A stretch of DNA of 64,000 nucleotides from positions 1,140,514-1,204,513 of the forward strand of contig CAVSAG010000002.1 in NCBI GenBank assembly GCA_963725905.1. The letters run 5' to 3'. The notes under the pieces are model-generated. The model was not told the DNA's origin. It ran no database searches and saw nothing but the letters and a program-made list of their open reading frames with translations. This DNA is from an uncultured Pseudomonadota bacterium. GTDB taxonomy: Bacteria; Myxococcota_A; Polyangia; Fen-1088. Below, piece by piece: positions 7,741 to 15,842 of this stretch; position 1 is the stretch's first letter; each line of letters starts with the position of its first letter. The position numbers were made by a program, and so were the translations under genes.

Positions 7741-10122
7741 TCACCCCACGCCGGCCGGCTGGCCGGACGAAGGGGGCGACGGCTCGGCCGCAAGGAACGC
7801 AATGGTCGCCGGATCGGCGCGCAGCACATTGATGTAGAGCCAGACGAACGCGATGAAGATGAGCAGCGTCGAATCCTGAAAGTGGCGATCGAGGTCCGGA
7901 TCGAGCGACGCCCAGTAGCCCCCCAGGCAGAGCGCGAGCAGCGGCGCCGCGACCCGGAGGAACGGAATGACGAGCGGGATGCCCTGCACGGTCGGGTCGG
8001 GCGCGGCGGCGCCGGCCGTTGGGTCCGTCCCCTCCCGTGCCTCGCCGGCGTCGGCCAGCAGCGCCAGCAAGAAGACGAAGTGGCTGTAGTAGTTCGAGGG
8101 GTTCGAGATGACCAGCACCAGCGGCATCGCGAGGATCATCGCCTGATGGAGCGGGCGGCGACGCGCCACCCACGCCACGCAGGCGATGCAGACGATCTCG
8201 GCCAGGATGAAGATGACGACCCTGGCCTGCAGAACGGCGCCGGCCGCGTTGTCGGCCCCGGCGATGAGCGCGCGCAGGCTGATTTCGTTGACGCCGACGT
8301 CGCGGTTGAGCAGCGTGACCTTCTGGAACCAGCTCCCCCACGCCTTCGGGGTGTAGAGCGCGGTCGTCAGCAGGACCATGAAGACGACGCAGGCGGCGGC
8401 GCTCACGAGGACGCGCACGGCGGCGCGGTGCTCGCCCAGCCAGGTTCGGAGATCGGGCCGCTTCTTTTCGCGGACCCAGCGCTCGCCGAACGCCCACAGC
8501 GCCGGCAGCGCCACGCCCATGAGCGCCACGACCGGGAAAAAGCGGATGAGGGCGGCCAGGGCCAGGAAGATCCCCGCCGCGGTCCAGCGCTGGCGCTTGA
8601 GCGCCGCCGCGCCCAACCCGAGGTACGCCAGCCAGTCGTGCCGCAACGTTGCGCCGCTCCAGTTGGTGCCGAACATGTAGAGGTCATTGGCGCCGAACAC
8701 CACCATCGCCAACAACATCGGCAGCAGGCCGAACGACCGCCAAAGCGCGACGGCCATCAGCAGGAGCAGCAACGCGTCGACCAGGCCCGTGGCGGTCAGC
8801 AGCCCCTCGGAGGCCGGGGCGTGCGCCATGAGCAGTCGGGCGAAGAAGACCCACACGGGGGTGGCGTTGGCCCCGTGGTCGGTGAGGGTGGAAAGGTATT
8901 CGGGCCCCTGCACATCCTCGAAGAAGTTCATGTCTTTCTTGAACTCTGCCCAGCGCGCGTCGGAGAACCGGGAGCGGACCTCCTGGATCTCATCCTTGAG
9001 CTCGTGCACGCGCCGCACCCGGTGGTCGCCGAGGCTGCGCACCTCCTGCATCCCGATCGAATCGAGAGAACCGCCGCGGCGGTCCTCGGCGTAGGCCAGC
9101 ACGCTCGCCAGGTAGACGCCGTCGTAGCCCAGCTCCTTGAAGTACTTGGCGAACGGCTGGTAGACGCGCAGGTCGTTGGTGTGGACGAACTCGGGCCGGT
9201 TCTCGGCGTGGTTCCAGAACTGCGGCCGGCCGAGGTTGTAGAACGCCGCGAAGGCCATCACGGCGGCGACCGCGAGCGCCGCGCTGACCACCCCGCGGTC
9301 CGCCGGCCAGCGCCGCACGCGAACGCCGATCCGGAGCGCCGCTGCCAGCGCGATCCCGGCGGCGGCCGCGCGAACGAACGCCACCTCGCGGTTGGCCAAC
9401 GGCCATCCCAGCGAGATCGCGTCGACCGCCAGACCGACCGCGCAGAGCGCGACCGCCCCGCCGGCCAGCAGCACCCACAGGCGGGACCGCGCGCGCGTCA
9501 CCAGCAGAAAGAAGGCGAAGGCGACCACCAGATAGAGGAGCGAGGAGCGGACCCAGGCGGCCTGGCTCTCGCCCGCGGCCCGGTGGATGAGCGGCGGCAT
9601 CACCGCCGGCCGCTGCTCGTAGAGCTGCACCTCGGAGACCGAGTAGGCGGAGTCGCCGCCGCGCACGGTGAGCCGGATCCAACGGCCGTGGCCGGAGAGC
9701 TGGTCGGTCCAGCGCTCCCGCAGCCCCGCCTCCGGGCGCGGCCCCGCCGTCCAGAGCGGGACGAAGGTGGAATGGTCCTCGGAGATCGCCAGCGCGTACT
9801 CGTCGTTGTTGTCGCCCTGCAGGTAGGCGGCGGTGATCGAGACGCTGCGGCCGAGATCGAACTCCACGAAGGCGCGATCGGAGGAGAGGATGGCCGCGAC
9901 GGAGGTGTTCCACTCCTCCCCCTCGTACGCGCCAGCCCCGTCGGTGAGGGCGCGCGCGTTGGTGACGCCGCTCGAGGTCGAGGGGCGCTTCCCGGCCAGC
10001 AGATTTTCCTCCGCGTGCGCCGGACGGGCGGCGAGGGTGACGAGCGCCGCTCCGAGCGCGAGCAGCAGCGGCGAGGCGAGACGGCGTAGAGGTGTTGGTA
10101 GGAGGGTGTAGGTGATTGTCAT
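7741..10122 (-). CDS. Polytopic membrane protein with N-terminal periplasmic F5/8 type C (discoidin) domain; possibly GT-C-like
   Basis: After the signal/anchor: ..NLLAGKRPSTSSG..TDG..WNTS..FVEFDLGRSVSITAAYLQGDNNDEYALAISEDHSTF..SEVQLY (discoidin pattern). More than 12 hydrophobic helices follow. The start could be ATG 10122 or GTG 10167. Confidence 0.7.
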   Translation of the reverse strand: MTITYTLLPTPLRRLASPLLLALGAALVTLAARPAHAEENLLAGKRPSTSSGVTNARALTDGAGAYEGEEWNTSVAAILSSDRAFVEFDLGRSVSITAAYLQGDNNDEYALAISEDHSTFVPLWTAGPRPEAGLRERWTDQLSGHGRWIRLTVRGGDSAYSVSEVQLYEQRPAVMPPLIHRAAGESQAAWVRSSLLYLVVAFAFFLLVTRARSRLWVLLAGGAVALCAVGLAVDAISLGWPLANREVAFVRAAAAGIALAAALRIGVRVRRWPADRGVVSAALAVAAVMAFAAFYNLGRPQFWNHAENRPEFVHTNDLRVYQPFAKYFKELGYDGVYLASVLAYAEDRRGGSLDSIGMQEVRSLGDHRVRRVHELKDEIQEVRSRFSDARWAEFKKDMNFFEDVQGPEYLSTLTDHGANATPVWVFFARLLMAHAPASEGLLTATGLVDALLLLLMAVALWRSFGLLPMLLAMVVFGANDLYMFGTNWSGATLRHDWLAYLGLGAAALKRQRWTAAGIFLALAALIRFFPVVALMGVALPALWAFGERWVREKKRPDLRTWLGEHRAAVRVLVSAAACVVFMVLLTTALYTPKAWGSWFQKVTLLNRDVGVNEISLRALIAGADNAAGAVLQARVVIFILAEIVCIACVAWVARRRPLHQAMILAMPLVLVISNPSNYYSHFVFLLALLADAGEAREGTDPTAGAAAPDPTVQGIPLVIPFLRVAAPLLALCLGGYWASLDPDLDRHFQDSTLLIFIAFVWLYINVLRADPATIAFLAAEPSPPSSGQPAGVG

Positions 10123-10446
10123 CGGGGGCCGGTCCTTGCGCCGGCGGTCCCGGCGCGCGGCGCACACTCTACCCCAGAGGGCCGCCGAGGTTGACGTGTA
10201 CGATCGAGGCGAAAATACCGTCGAGGCGAGGCCCTTTCGGGCCTCGGGGCATGGCCCCGGCGCGGAAAAGAATTTTGGGGCGCGGTGCGGGAGCCGTGCT
10301 AGTTTTTTGGAGACTCCTTCGTCTCCGTCCTCGTGGACGCCGCCGGCAACTGTGGTCGGGACGGCCTTCGGTGACCGGAAAATGTTTGAGGGTTCTGCAG
10401 ACGGCAGCTCCGTCGGTCACACTGAAGCAACCAACGAGGAAGAGAA

Positions 10447-10872
10447 ATGGGAACGAGACTCTACGTCGGAAATCTGTCCTACAGCATCACCGAGCTCGAC
10501 CTGCGCGAGCTGTTCGCGCCGCTCGGCACCGTCACTGACGCCAAGATCATCACCGATCGCGAGACGGGTCGTCCGCGTGGGTTTGGCTTCATCGAGATGT
10601 CGACGGATGAGGAGGCCAAGAAGGCGATCGACGAGCTCAACGGCCGCGACGTCCAGGGACGGCAGGTCGCCGTGAAGGAAGCCGAGGATCGGCGCGGCGG
10701 CAGCGGCGGCGGTGGCGGCGGGTACGGCGGTGGCGGCGGTGGCGGTCGCGGCGGTGGCGGCGGATACGGCGGCGGCGGCGGTGGCGGCGGCCGTGGCGGC
10801 GGTGGTGGCGGGTACGGCGGCGGCGGTGGTGGTGGTGGCCGCGGGGGTGGTGGCGGCCGTCAGCGCTGGTAG
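10447..10872 (+). CDS. RRM-type RNA-binding protein with Gly-rich RGG/YGG tail
   Basis: RNP-2 is LYVGNL and RNP-1 is RGFGFIEM. The C-terminal ~55 aa consist of G, R and Y only. An SD (AGGAAGAG) lies upstream. Confidence 0.9.
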   Translation: MGTRLYVGNLSYSITELDLRELFAPLGTVTDAKIITDRETGRPRGFGFIEMSTDEEAKKAIDELNGRDVQGRQVAVKEAEDRRGGSGGGGGGYGGGGGGGRGGGGGYGGGGGGGGRGGGGGGYGGGGGGGGRGGGGGRQRW

Positions 10873-10898
10873 CCCGACCTCAACAACGTTTGCTCGAG

Positions 10899-10931
10899 GA
10901 GCCCGCCCACAAGGCGGGCTTTCTCGTTTTC
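10899..10931 (+). terminator. Rho-independent terminator after the RRM gene
   Basis: GAGCCCGCC-cacaa-GGCGGGCTT followed by TCTCGTTTTC, 27 nt after the stop codon. Confidence 0.7.
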
Positions 10932-10950
10932 TGGGGAGCAAGACGAATTC

Positions 10951-11565
10951 ATGTCCGAGACGCTGCGCCTCTACACCGACTTCGTCTGTCCGTTCTGCTT
11001 CATCGCCGAAGAGAGCTCGGTGCCGCGCCTGCTCCGCGAGTTCGATCTGACGCTCGACTGGCGCGGGTTCGAGCTGCACCCGAACACGCCGCCGGGAGGG
11101 CTTTCGCTGTCGCGTCTTTTTCCCGGGGTCTCGCTGCCGTCGCTGCACGAGCGAACGCGCCGGTTTGCCGCGCGCTTCGACGTCACCAACTTCACGCCCC
11201 CCGACGTCTTGCGGAACACCCGACGCGCGCTGGCGATCGCCGAGCTCGGGCGCGACCTCGGCCGGCTGGAGCCGTTCCGCGCGGCCGCGTTCGAGGCGCA
11301 CTGGCGGCAGGGGAAGAACCTGGAGGACGACGGCGATCTGCGGGCGATCGCGGCCGCGTCGGGGCTGCCGGTCGAAGCAGCGCTCCGCGCCGCCGACGAT
11401 CCCGAGATCCTGGCGCGCGTCGACCAGAAGCAGGACGAGGCACGGGCCGACGGCGTCACCGGCATCCCGACCTTCATCATTGCCGGCGAAGAGGTCGTCG
11501 GCTGCCAGCCGTACGAGGCGCTGGCCGACGCCGCCGAGCGGGCCGGCGTGCCGCGCCGGCGCTAG
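10951..11565 (+). CDS. DsbA-family thiol oxidoreductase (FrnE / HCCA-isomerase-like)
   Basis: N-terminal ..LYTDFVCPFCF.. (a CPxC thioredoxin-fold motif) and C-terminal ..GVTGIPTFIIAGEEVVGCQPYE.. typical of DsbA_FrnE proteins. Confidence 0.85.
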   Translation: MSETLRLYTDFVCPFCFIAEESSVPRLLREFDLTLDWRGFELHPNTPPGGLSLSRLFPGVSLPSLHERTRRFAARFDVTNFTPPDVLRNTRRALAIAELGRDLGRLEPFRAAAFEAHWRQGKNLEDDGDLRAIAAASGLPVEAALRAADDPEILARVDQKQDEARADGVTGIPTFIIAGEEVVGCQPYEALADAAERAGVPRRR

Positions 11566-11567
11566 AA

Positions 11568-13514
11568 CTAGAACCCGGCGCGGCGGAACATCATCCCGTT
11601 CGTCGCGGAGACGTAGAGCGCGTCCTCCGTGCCCCAGACGCCGCCGAGGCGGCCGACGCTCGCGGGCGTGGTCCAGACCGTCGACCAGAAGGCGCCGCCG
11701 AAGTGCAGGAGCTCGCCCGAGTCGGCGCCACCGCCCGTCGCCCAGACGTCGTCCGGTCCACGTCCCCAGATGGCTGTCAGGCCGGCGCTGCCGCCGCTGG
11801 CGACGGCTGTCCAGGCGGCGCCGTCGAAGTGGAGCAACCGCGGCTGGCGCGCGACGGTCACCCAGACGTCGTCGGGGCCGCTCCCCCAGACGGCGCCGAG
11901 ATCGTCGGTGGTCCCGCTCGACGCCACGGTCCAGGCGCTGCCGCCCCAGTGTAGTAACGTCCCCCCGACGCCGGCCGCCCAGATGTCGTCGGCCGCGGCT
12001 CCCCAGACGCCCGTGAGCAGCGCCGCCGTCGGTGTCGCGACCGGGGACCAGACGCTGCCGTCGAAGTGCGCGATCGAGTCGGCGACCGGGCCGACGAGGA
12101 CGCTGATCTGACCCACGGCCCAGACGTCGCTCGGCGCGTTGCACCAGATGGCGTTCATCGACGACGGACCCAGGTTGGGCGCGGCGTTGGAGTCCGGCGC
12201 GTAGATCCCGGCGATGCCCTCGACCGTCCAGAGCGCGCCGTCGAAGTGGGCGATGAACCCGTTCGCGGTGCCCACGCCCAGCGTCGGGCCGACCGCCCAG
12301 ACGTCGTCGGCCGAGAACCCGCACAGCCCGCTGGCGGCTATCGAGGCGTCGCCCGCGTCGTGCGACCAGCGCACGCCGTCCCAGCGGAGCGGCCCACCGG
12401 TCCAGACGTCGTCGTCGGCGCGCGCCCAGACCGCCGCGAGCGGCTCGGTCGTTCCGTCGGTGAGTGGCGTCCAGCTGGCGCCGTCTCCGTGCTCGACCGT
12501 CCCGGCCGGCCCGACGGCCCACAGATCGCTCGCGCCGCTGGCCGAGATCGCCGTCAGGGGGTTGCTGGTGCCCGACGGCACGCTGTTCCAGGCGGCGCCG
12601 TTCCATCGGAACGCACCGCCGGCGTTGCTCGTCGCCCAGACCTCGCCGCCGGCTTCCCCGAGCGCCGCGACGGTGCCGACGATGCTGGTCACCGTGACCA
12701 CGCCCGCGACGTCGTGGAAGATCTGCTGGTCACCCCCGAACCAGACGTCGCCGGCGCCCGCGCTGGCGATCGAGCCGAGGCCGAATCCGCTGCCGGGGAC
12801 GGCGACCGGCGAGAACGCCGTCCCATCCCAGTGCAGGGCGACGGGCATGGTCACGGCCGTCGTCGCTGTCGTCGAATTCTGGGCCGCTCCGACCGCCCAG
12901 ACGTCGTCGGGACCGGAGCCACCGACGGCCGCCAAGGTCAGCCCCACCACGGACGGGCCCGCGCCGCAGCAGGCGACAGCCGACCAGGTCTGTCCGTCCC
13001 AGTGCAAGGTCGCCGCGGCCCCGCTCGCTGTCCCGACGGCCCAGACGTCGTCGGGGCCGCTTCCCCAGATCGAGGAGAGGCGCGCTCCCGCTGCGGCCGG
13101 CGCGGCCAGCGGCGACCAGGCGGCGCCGTCGAAGTGAACGATCGCGCCCGCGTCGCCCACGGCCCAGACGTCGTCGGGACCGCTCCCCCAGATCGCGAAC
13201 AGCGCGCTCGTACCGGCGGGGAAGGTGGTCCAGCCGCGGCCGTCGAAGTGGCGCGCTGTCACCTGCTGGAAGTCGCTCTCGATGATCCAGACGTCGTCGG
13301 GGGCACCGGCCCACACGCCGGCGAACGGCGGATCCGTCAGGCAGAAGTCGCCGGGGGCGACGTCTTCACATTCCGACGGGCCGGCCGCCCCCGGGAGGCG
13401 CGCGTCGGGCTCGCCGCCCTCGAGCGGTGACGCGTCCCGCGGGCTGGCGAGCGTACCGTCGCAGGCGGCGACCGCGATCAGAGCCCAGGGCAGGAATCGC
13501 ACGGTGTGTCCCAT
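11568..13514 (-). CDS. Lipoprotein built from ~14 tandem beta-propeller-like repeats
   Basis: ATG at 13514 and lipobox IAVAAC. A ~45-aa unit with core ..G.GPDDVWAVG..G....(H/W)(F/W)DG..W.. recurs 14 times (e.g. GPDDVWAVGD, GPDDVWAVGT, SADDVWAVGP, GPDDVWATGG). Confidence 0.75.
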   Translation of the reverse strand: MGHTVRFLPWALIAVAACDGTLASPRDASPLEGGEPDARLPGAAGPSECEDVAPGDFCLTDPPFAGVWAGAPDDVWIIESDFQQVTARHFDGRGWTTFPAGTSALFAIWGSGPDDVWAVGDAGAIVHFDGAAWSPLAAPAAAGARLSSIWGSGPDDVWAVGTASGAAATLHWDGQTWSAVACCGAGPSVVGLTLAAVGGSGPDDVWAVGAAQNSTTATTAVTMPVALHWDGTAFSPVAVPGSGFGLGSIASAGAGDVWFGGDQQIFHDVAGVVTVTSIVGTVAALGEAGGEVWATSNAGGAFRWNGAAWNSVPSGTSNPLTAISASGASDLWAVGPAGTVEHGDGASWTPLTDGTTEPLAAVWARADDDVWTGGPLRWDGVRWSHDAGDASIAASGLCGFSADDVWAVGPTLGVGTANGFIAHFDGALWTVEGIAGIYAPDSNAAPNLGPSSMNAIWCNAPSDVWAVGQISVLVGPVADSIAHFDGSVWSPVATPTAALLTGVWGAAADDIWAAGVGGTLLHWGGSAWTVASSGTTDDLGAVWGSGPDDVWVTVARQPRLLHFDGAAWTAVASGGSAGLTAIWGRGPDDVWATGGGADSGELLHFGGAFWSTVWTTPASVGRLGGVWGTEDALYVSATNGMMFRRAGF

Positions 13515-13635
13515 GTTACGACAGCGGGCGCAAAGACCGGCATGCCCGCCGGCAAAAAACCGCTGCCGGGGTTCATCCTTGCATTCATCCAATCTGCAGC
13601 GGATTCTTCAAAAGCAGCCTGATTTGGAGGACCTC

Positions 13636-14724
13636 ATGCGCGCGCCTCGGATGACCGCCGCCCAGAGCAGCTTCGGGTTTTCGTTCGCTCGCCCGCGCGC
13701 GCGCGTCGCGCTGGCGTTGCTGGGCGGGCTCTTCTGCGCGGGCGTCCCCCGTTCCGCCGGTGCGCACATCAAGATGTCGGCCCCGCCGGACTGGATCACG
13801 ACCAACGCGGAGGGCGATCCGCAGAAGATCACCCCGTGCGGCGTCGATTCGACGGTGACCTACACGCCAACGAACACCGTCACGACCGTTCACGCGGGCG
13901 ACAAGGTCACCGTGAGCTGGACGGAGACCGTGCCACACGACGGCCACTTCCGGATCTCGCTGGCGATCAACTCGCGGAGCGAGCTGCTCGATCCCGCGGT
14001 GACGAAGATGAACTCCGATGGGACCGCGGCCCAGGTCGCGATCTCGACCAGCTATCCGGTGCTGGCCGACGATCTGTTCGACCATCTGGCCTCCTCGGTC
14101 TCGCCGGGCAAGGCCTACACCACCACGGTGACCATCCCCAACACGCCGTGCGCGAAGTGCACGCTGCAGCTGCTGCAGTTCATGGCCAACCACCCGCTCG
14201 ACCCGTCGTATTTCTACCATCAGTGCGCCGACCTCACGATCATCGGGAGCGGCGGCGCGCCCGGCTCGGGCGGGACGGCAGGTTCCGCTGGGGCGACCGG
14301 ATCGGGTGGCGCGACGGGCAGCGGTGGGTCGTCGGGAACCACGGGGTCGGGCGGGACGACGGGTTCCGGCGGCGCGACGGCCTCCGGGGGGGCGACCGGC
14401 TCCGGCGGCGCGACGGCATCCGGCGGGGCGACCGGCTCCGGCGGCGCGGTGAGCTCCGGCGGGACGACCGGCTCGGGCGGCGCGTCGGCTTCGGGCGGCA
14501 CGACGGGGTCGGGTGGGGCCAAGGGGTCGGGCGGGGCGACGGGCAGCGGCGGGTCGTCTGGCGCGACGGGCAGCGGTGGGTCGTCCGGCGCCTCCGGCGG
14601 CGGGGATTCGGGCAGCGGCGGATGCAGCTACGCGCCCGGCGGCGCCCCCGCGCCGGCGATCGGGCTCGGTCTCCTGCTCGTCGTGCTGACCGCGCTTCGT
14701 CGCGGCCGGCGCGCCCCGCGATGA
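13636..14724 (+). CDS. LPMO-like (histidine-brace candidate) secreted protein with Gly/Ser/Thr repeat and MYXO-CTERM-type tail
   Basis: GGAGG lies 5 nt upstream of the ATG. Predicted cleavage at ..SAGA/HIKMSAPP.. would leave an N-terminal His. A second His is in ..VPHDGHFRISL.., and ..CAKCTLQLLQFM.. follows. The C-terminus GGCSYAPGG..IGLGLLLVVLTALRRGRRAPR matches the MYXO-CTERM pattern. Confidence 0.7.
   Translation: MRAPRMTAAQSSFGFSFARPRARVALALLGGLFCAGVPRSAGAHIKMSAPPDWITTNAEGDPQKITPCGVDSTVTYTPTNTVTTVHAGDKVTVSWTETVPHDGHFRISLAINSRSELLDPAVTKMNSDGTAAQVAISTSYPVLADDLFDHLASSVSPGKAYTTTVTIPNTPCAKCTLQLLQFMANHPLDPSYFYHQCADLTIIGSGGAPGSGGTAGSAGATGSGGATGSGGSSGTTGSGGTTGSGGATASGGATGSGGATASGGATGSGGAVSSGGTTGSGGASASGGTTGSGGAKGSGGATGSGGSSGATGSGGSSGASGGGDSGSGGCSYAPGGAPAPAIGLGLLLVVLTALRRGRRAPR
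14245..14620 (+). repeat. Degenerate 18-bp (hexapeptide GGxxxS) tandem repeat tract within the CDS
   Basis: [12 protein letters not shown] .. [48 protein letters not shown] .. About 20 units read from the translation; the boundaries are approximate. Confidence 0.6.
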
Positions 14725-15176
14725 CGCACGATTGGCTCGAGAGCATCGCCCGGATGTGCGTGGCCATCGTGGCCGGCGGCCTCATCGGCTGGGATCGCCA
14801 GCGCAGCGGCCGGCCGGCCGGGTTGCGAACCCACATGCTGGTCGCGCTGGGGGCGGCCCTCATCGTCTCGATTGCAGGCGACGGACCCGGCGACGTGAGC
14901 CGCGGCGTTCAGGGAGTGGCGGCGGGCATCGGGTTCCTGTGCGCCGGTGAGATCCTTCACCATGCGAGTGACGGGCACGAGCGGGTGAAGGGACTTACCT
15001 CCGCGGCGTCGCTGTGGGTCACGGCGGCGATCGGGATGGTCGCATCGGTAGGATCCTGGCGGTTAGTCGCGATCGGGACGATCGGAACGCTGATCATCCT
15101 GATCGCGATGCGGCCGGTCGAGCGATTCATCGTGAAGGAGAACGCCGAACCGACCAGCACGTCCGAGCCGAGCTGA
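14721..15176 (+). CDS. MgtC/SapB-family membrane protein
   Basis: ..AIVAGGLIGWDRQRSGRPAGLRTHMLVALGAALI.. and ..AAGIGFLCAGEIL..KGLTSAASLWVTAAIGM.. are MgtC-family blocks. The ATG overlaps the upstream stop (ATGA at 14721-14724). Confidence 0.85.
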   Translation: MTHDWLESIARMCVAIVAGGLIGWDRQRSGRPAGLRTHMLVALGAALIVSIAGDGPGDVSRGVQGVAAGIGFLCAGEILHHASDGHERVKGLTSAASLWVTAAIGMVASVGSWRLVAIGTIGTLIILIAMRPVERFIVKENAEPTSTSEPS

Positions 15177-15203
15177 CGCTCCCGTTCCCTCGGCCGCGAC
15201 GGT

Positions 15204-15809
15204 ATGCTGGCCCCGATGCTGACGAAGCGTTCCCCCACGCGCTGCTTCTGGGCCGGCGAAGATCCGTTGATGGTCGCCTACCACGACGAGGAGTGGGGCC
15301 TCCCGATCCATGACGATCGCCGCTGGTACGAGAAGCTTCTGCTCGACGGGGCGCAGGCGGGGTTGTCGTGGTCGACGATCCTTCACAAGCGCGAGGGCTA
15401 CCGGAAGGCGTTCGCCGGGTTCGATCCGGCCAGGGTCGCGCGCTTCACCGAGCGGGACGTGGCGCGCCTGATGGGGGATCCGGGGATCGTGCGCAACCGG
15501 CTGAAGATCCGCTCGGCCATCGGCAACGCGCGGGCTTTTCTCGCCCTGCAGGCCGAGCACGGCTCGTTCGACGCCTGGATCTGGAAGTTCGTGGGTGGAA
15601 AACCGATCCGCCGGCGCGTTCGCAGCCGGGGCGATGTCCCGGCGCGCACGCCGCTGTCCGACGCACTGTCGGTCGAGCTCCGCAGCCGCGGCTTCAACTT
15701 CGTCGGCTCGACGATCATCTACGCCTTCATGCAAGCGGGCGGGCTGGTCAACGACCACACCGTCCGCTGCTTCCGGCGCGGGGAGGTAGCAGCGCCGGGC
15801 CGCGGTTAG
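15204..15809 (+). CDS. tag: DNA-3-methyladenine glycosylase I
   Basis: ..RCFWAGEDPLMVAYHDEEWGLP..LLLDGAQAGLSWSTILHKRE..FNFVGSTIIYAFMQAGGLVNDH.. is colinear with Tag. The start may be the second ATG at 15216. Confidence 0.9.
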   Translation: MLAPMLTKRSPTRCFWAGEDPLMVAYHDEEWGLPIHDDRRWYEKLLLDGAQAGLSWSTILHKREGYRKAFAGFDPARVARFTERDVARLMGDPGIVRNRLKIRSAIGNARAFLALQAEHGSFDAWIWKFVGGKPIRRRVRSRGDVPARTPLSDALSVELRSRGFNFVGSTIIYAFMQAGGLVNDHTVRCFRRGEVAAPGRG

Positions 15810-15842
15810 GCCAGGCTGCCGCCGCCAGCACCGGAGCCGCGG

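Noticed and set aside
14245-14620. Possible CRISPR or other non-coding repeat arrays, suggested by the many short tandem repeats (also at 4496..4588, 31864..31935, 49624..49911 and 10690..10860).
   Set aside because: All repeats are in frame inside ORFs, have periods of 9-33 bp with no unique spacers, and encode Gly-rich peptides. No cas genes are present.
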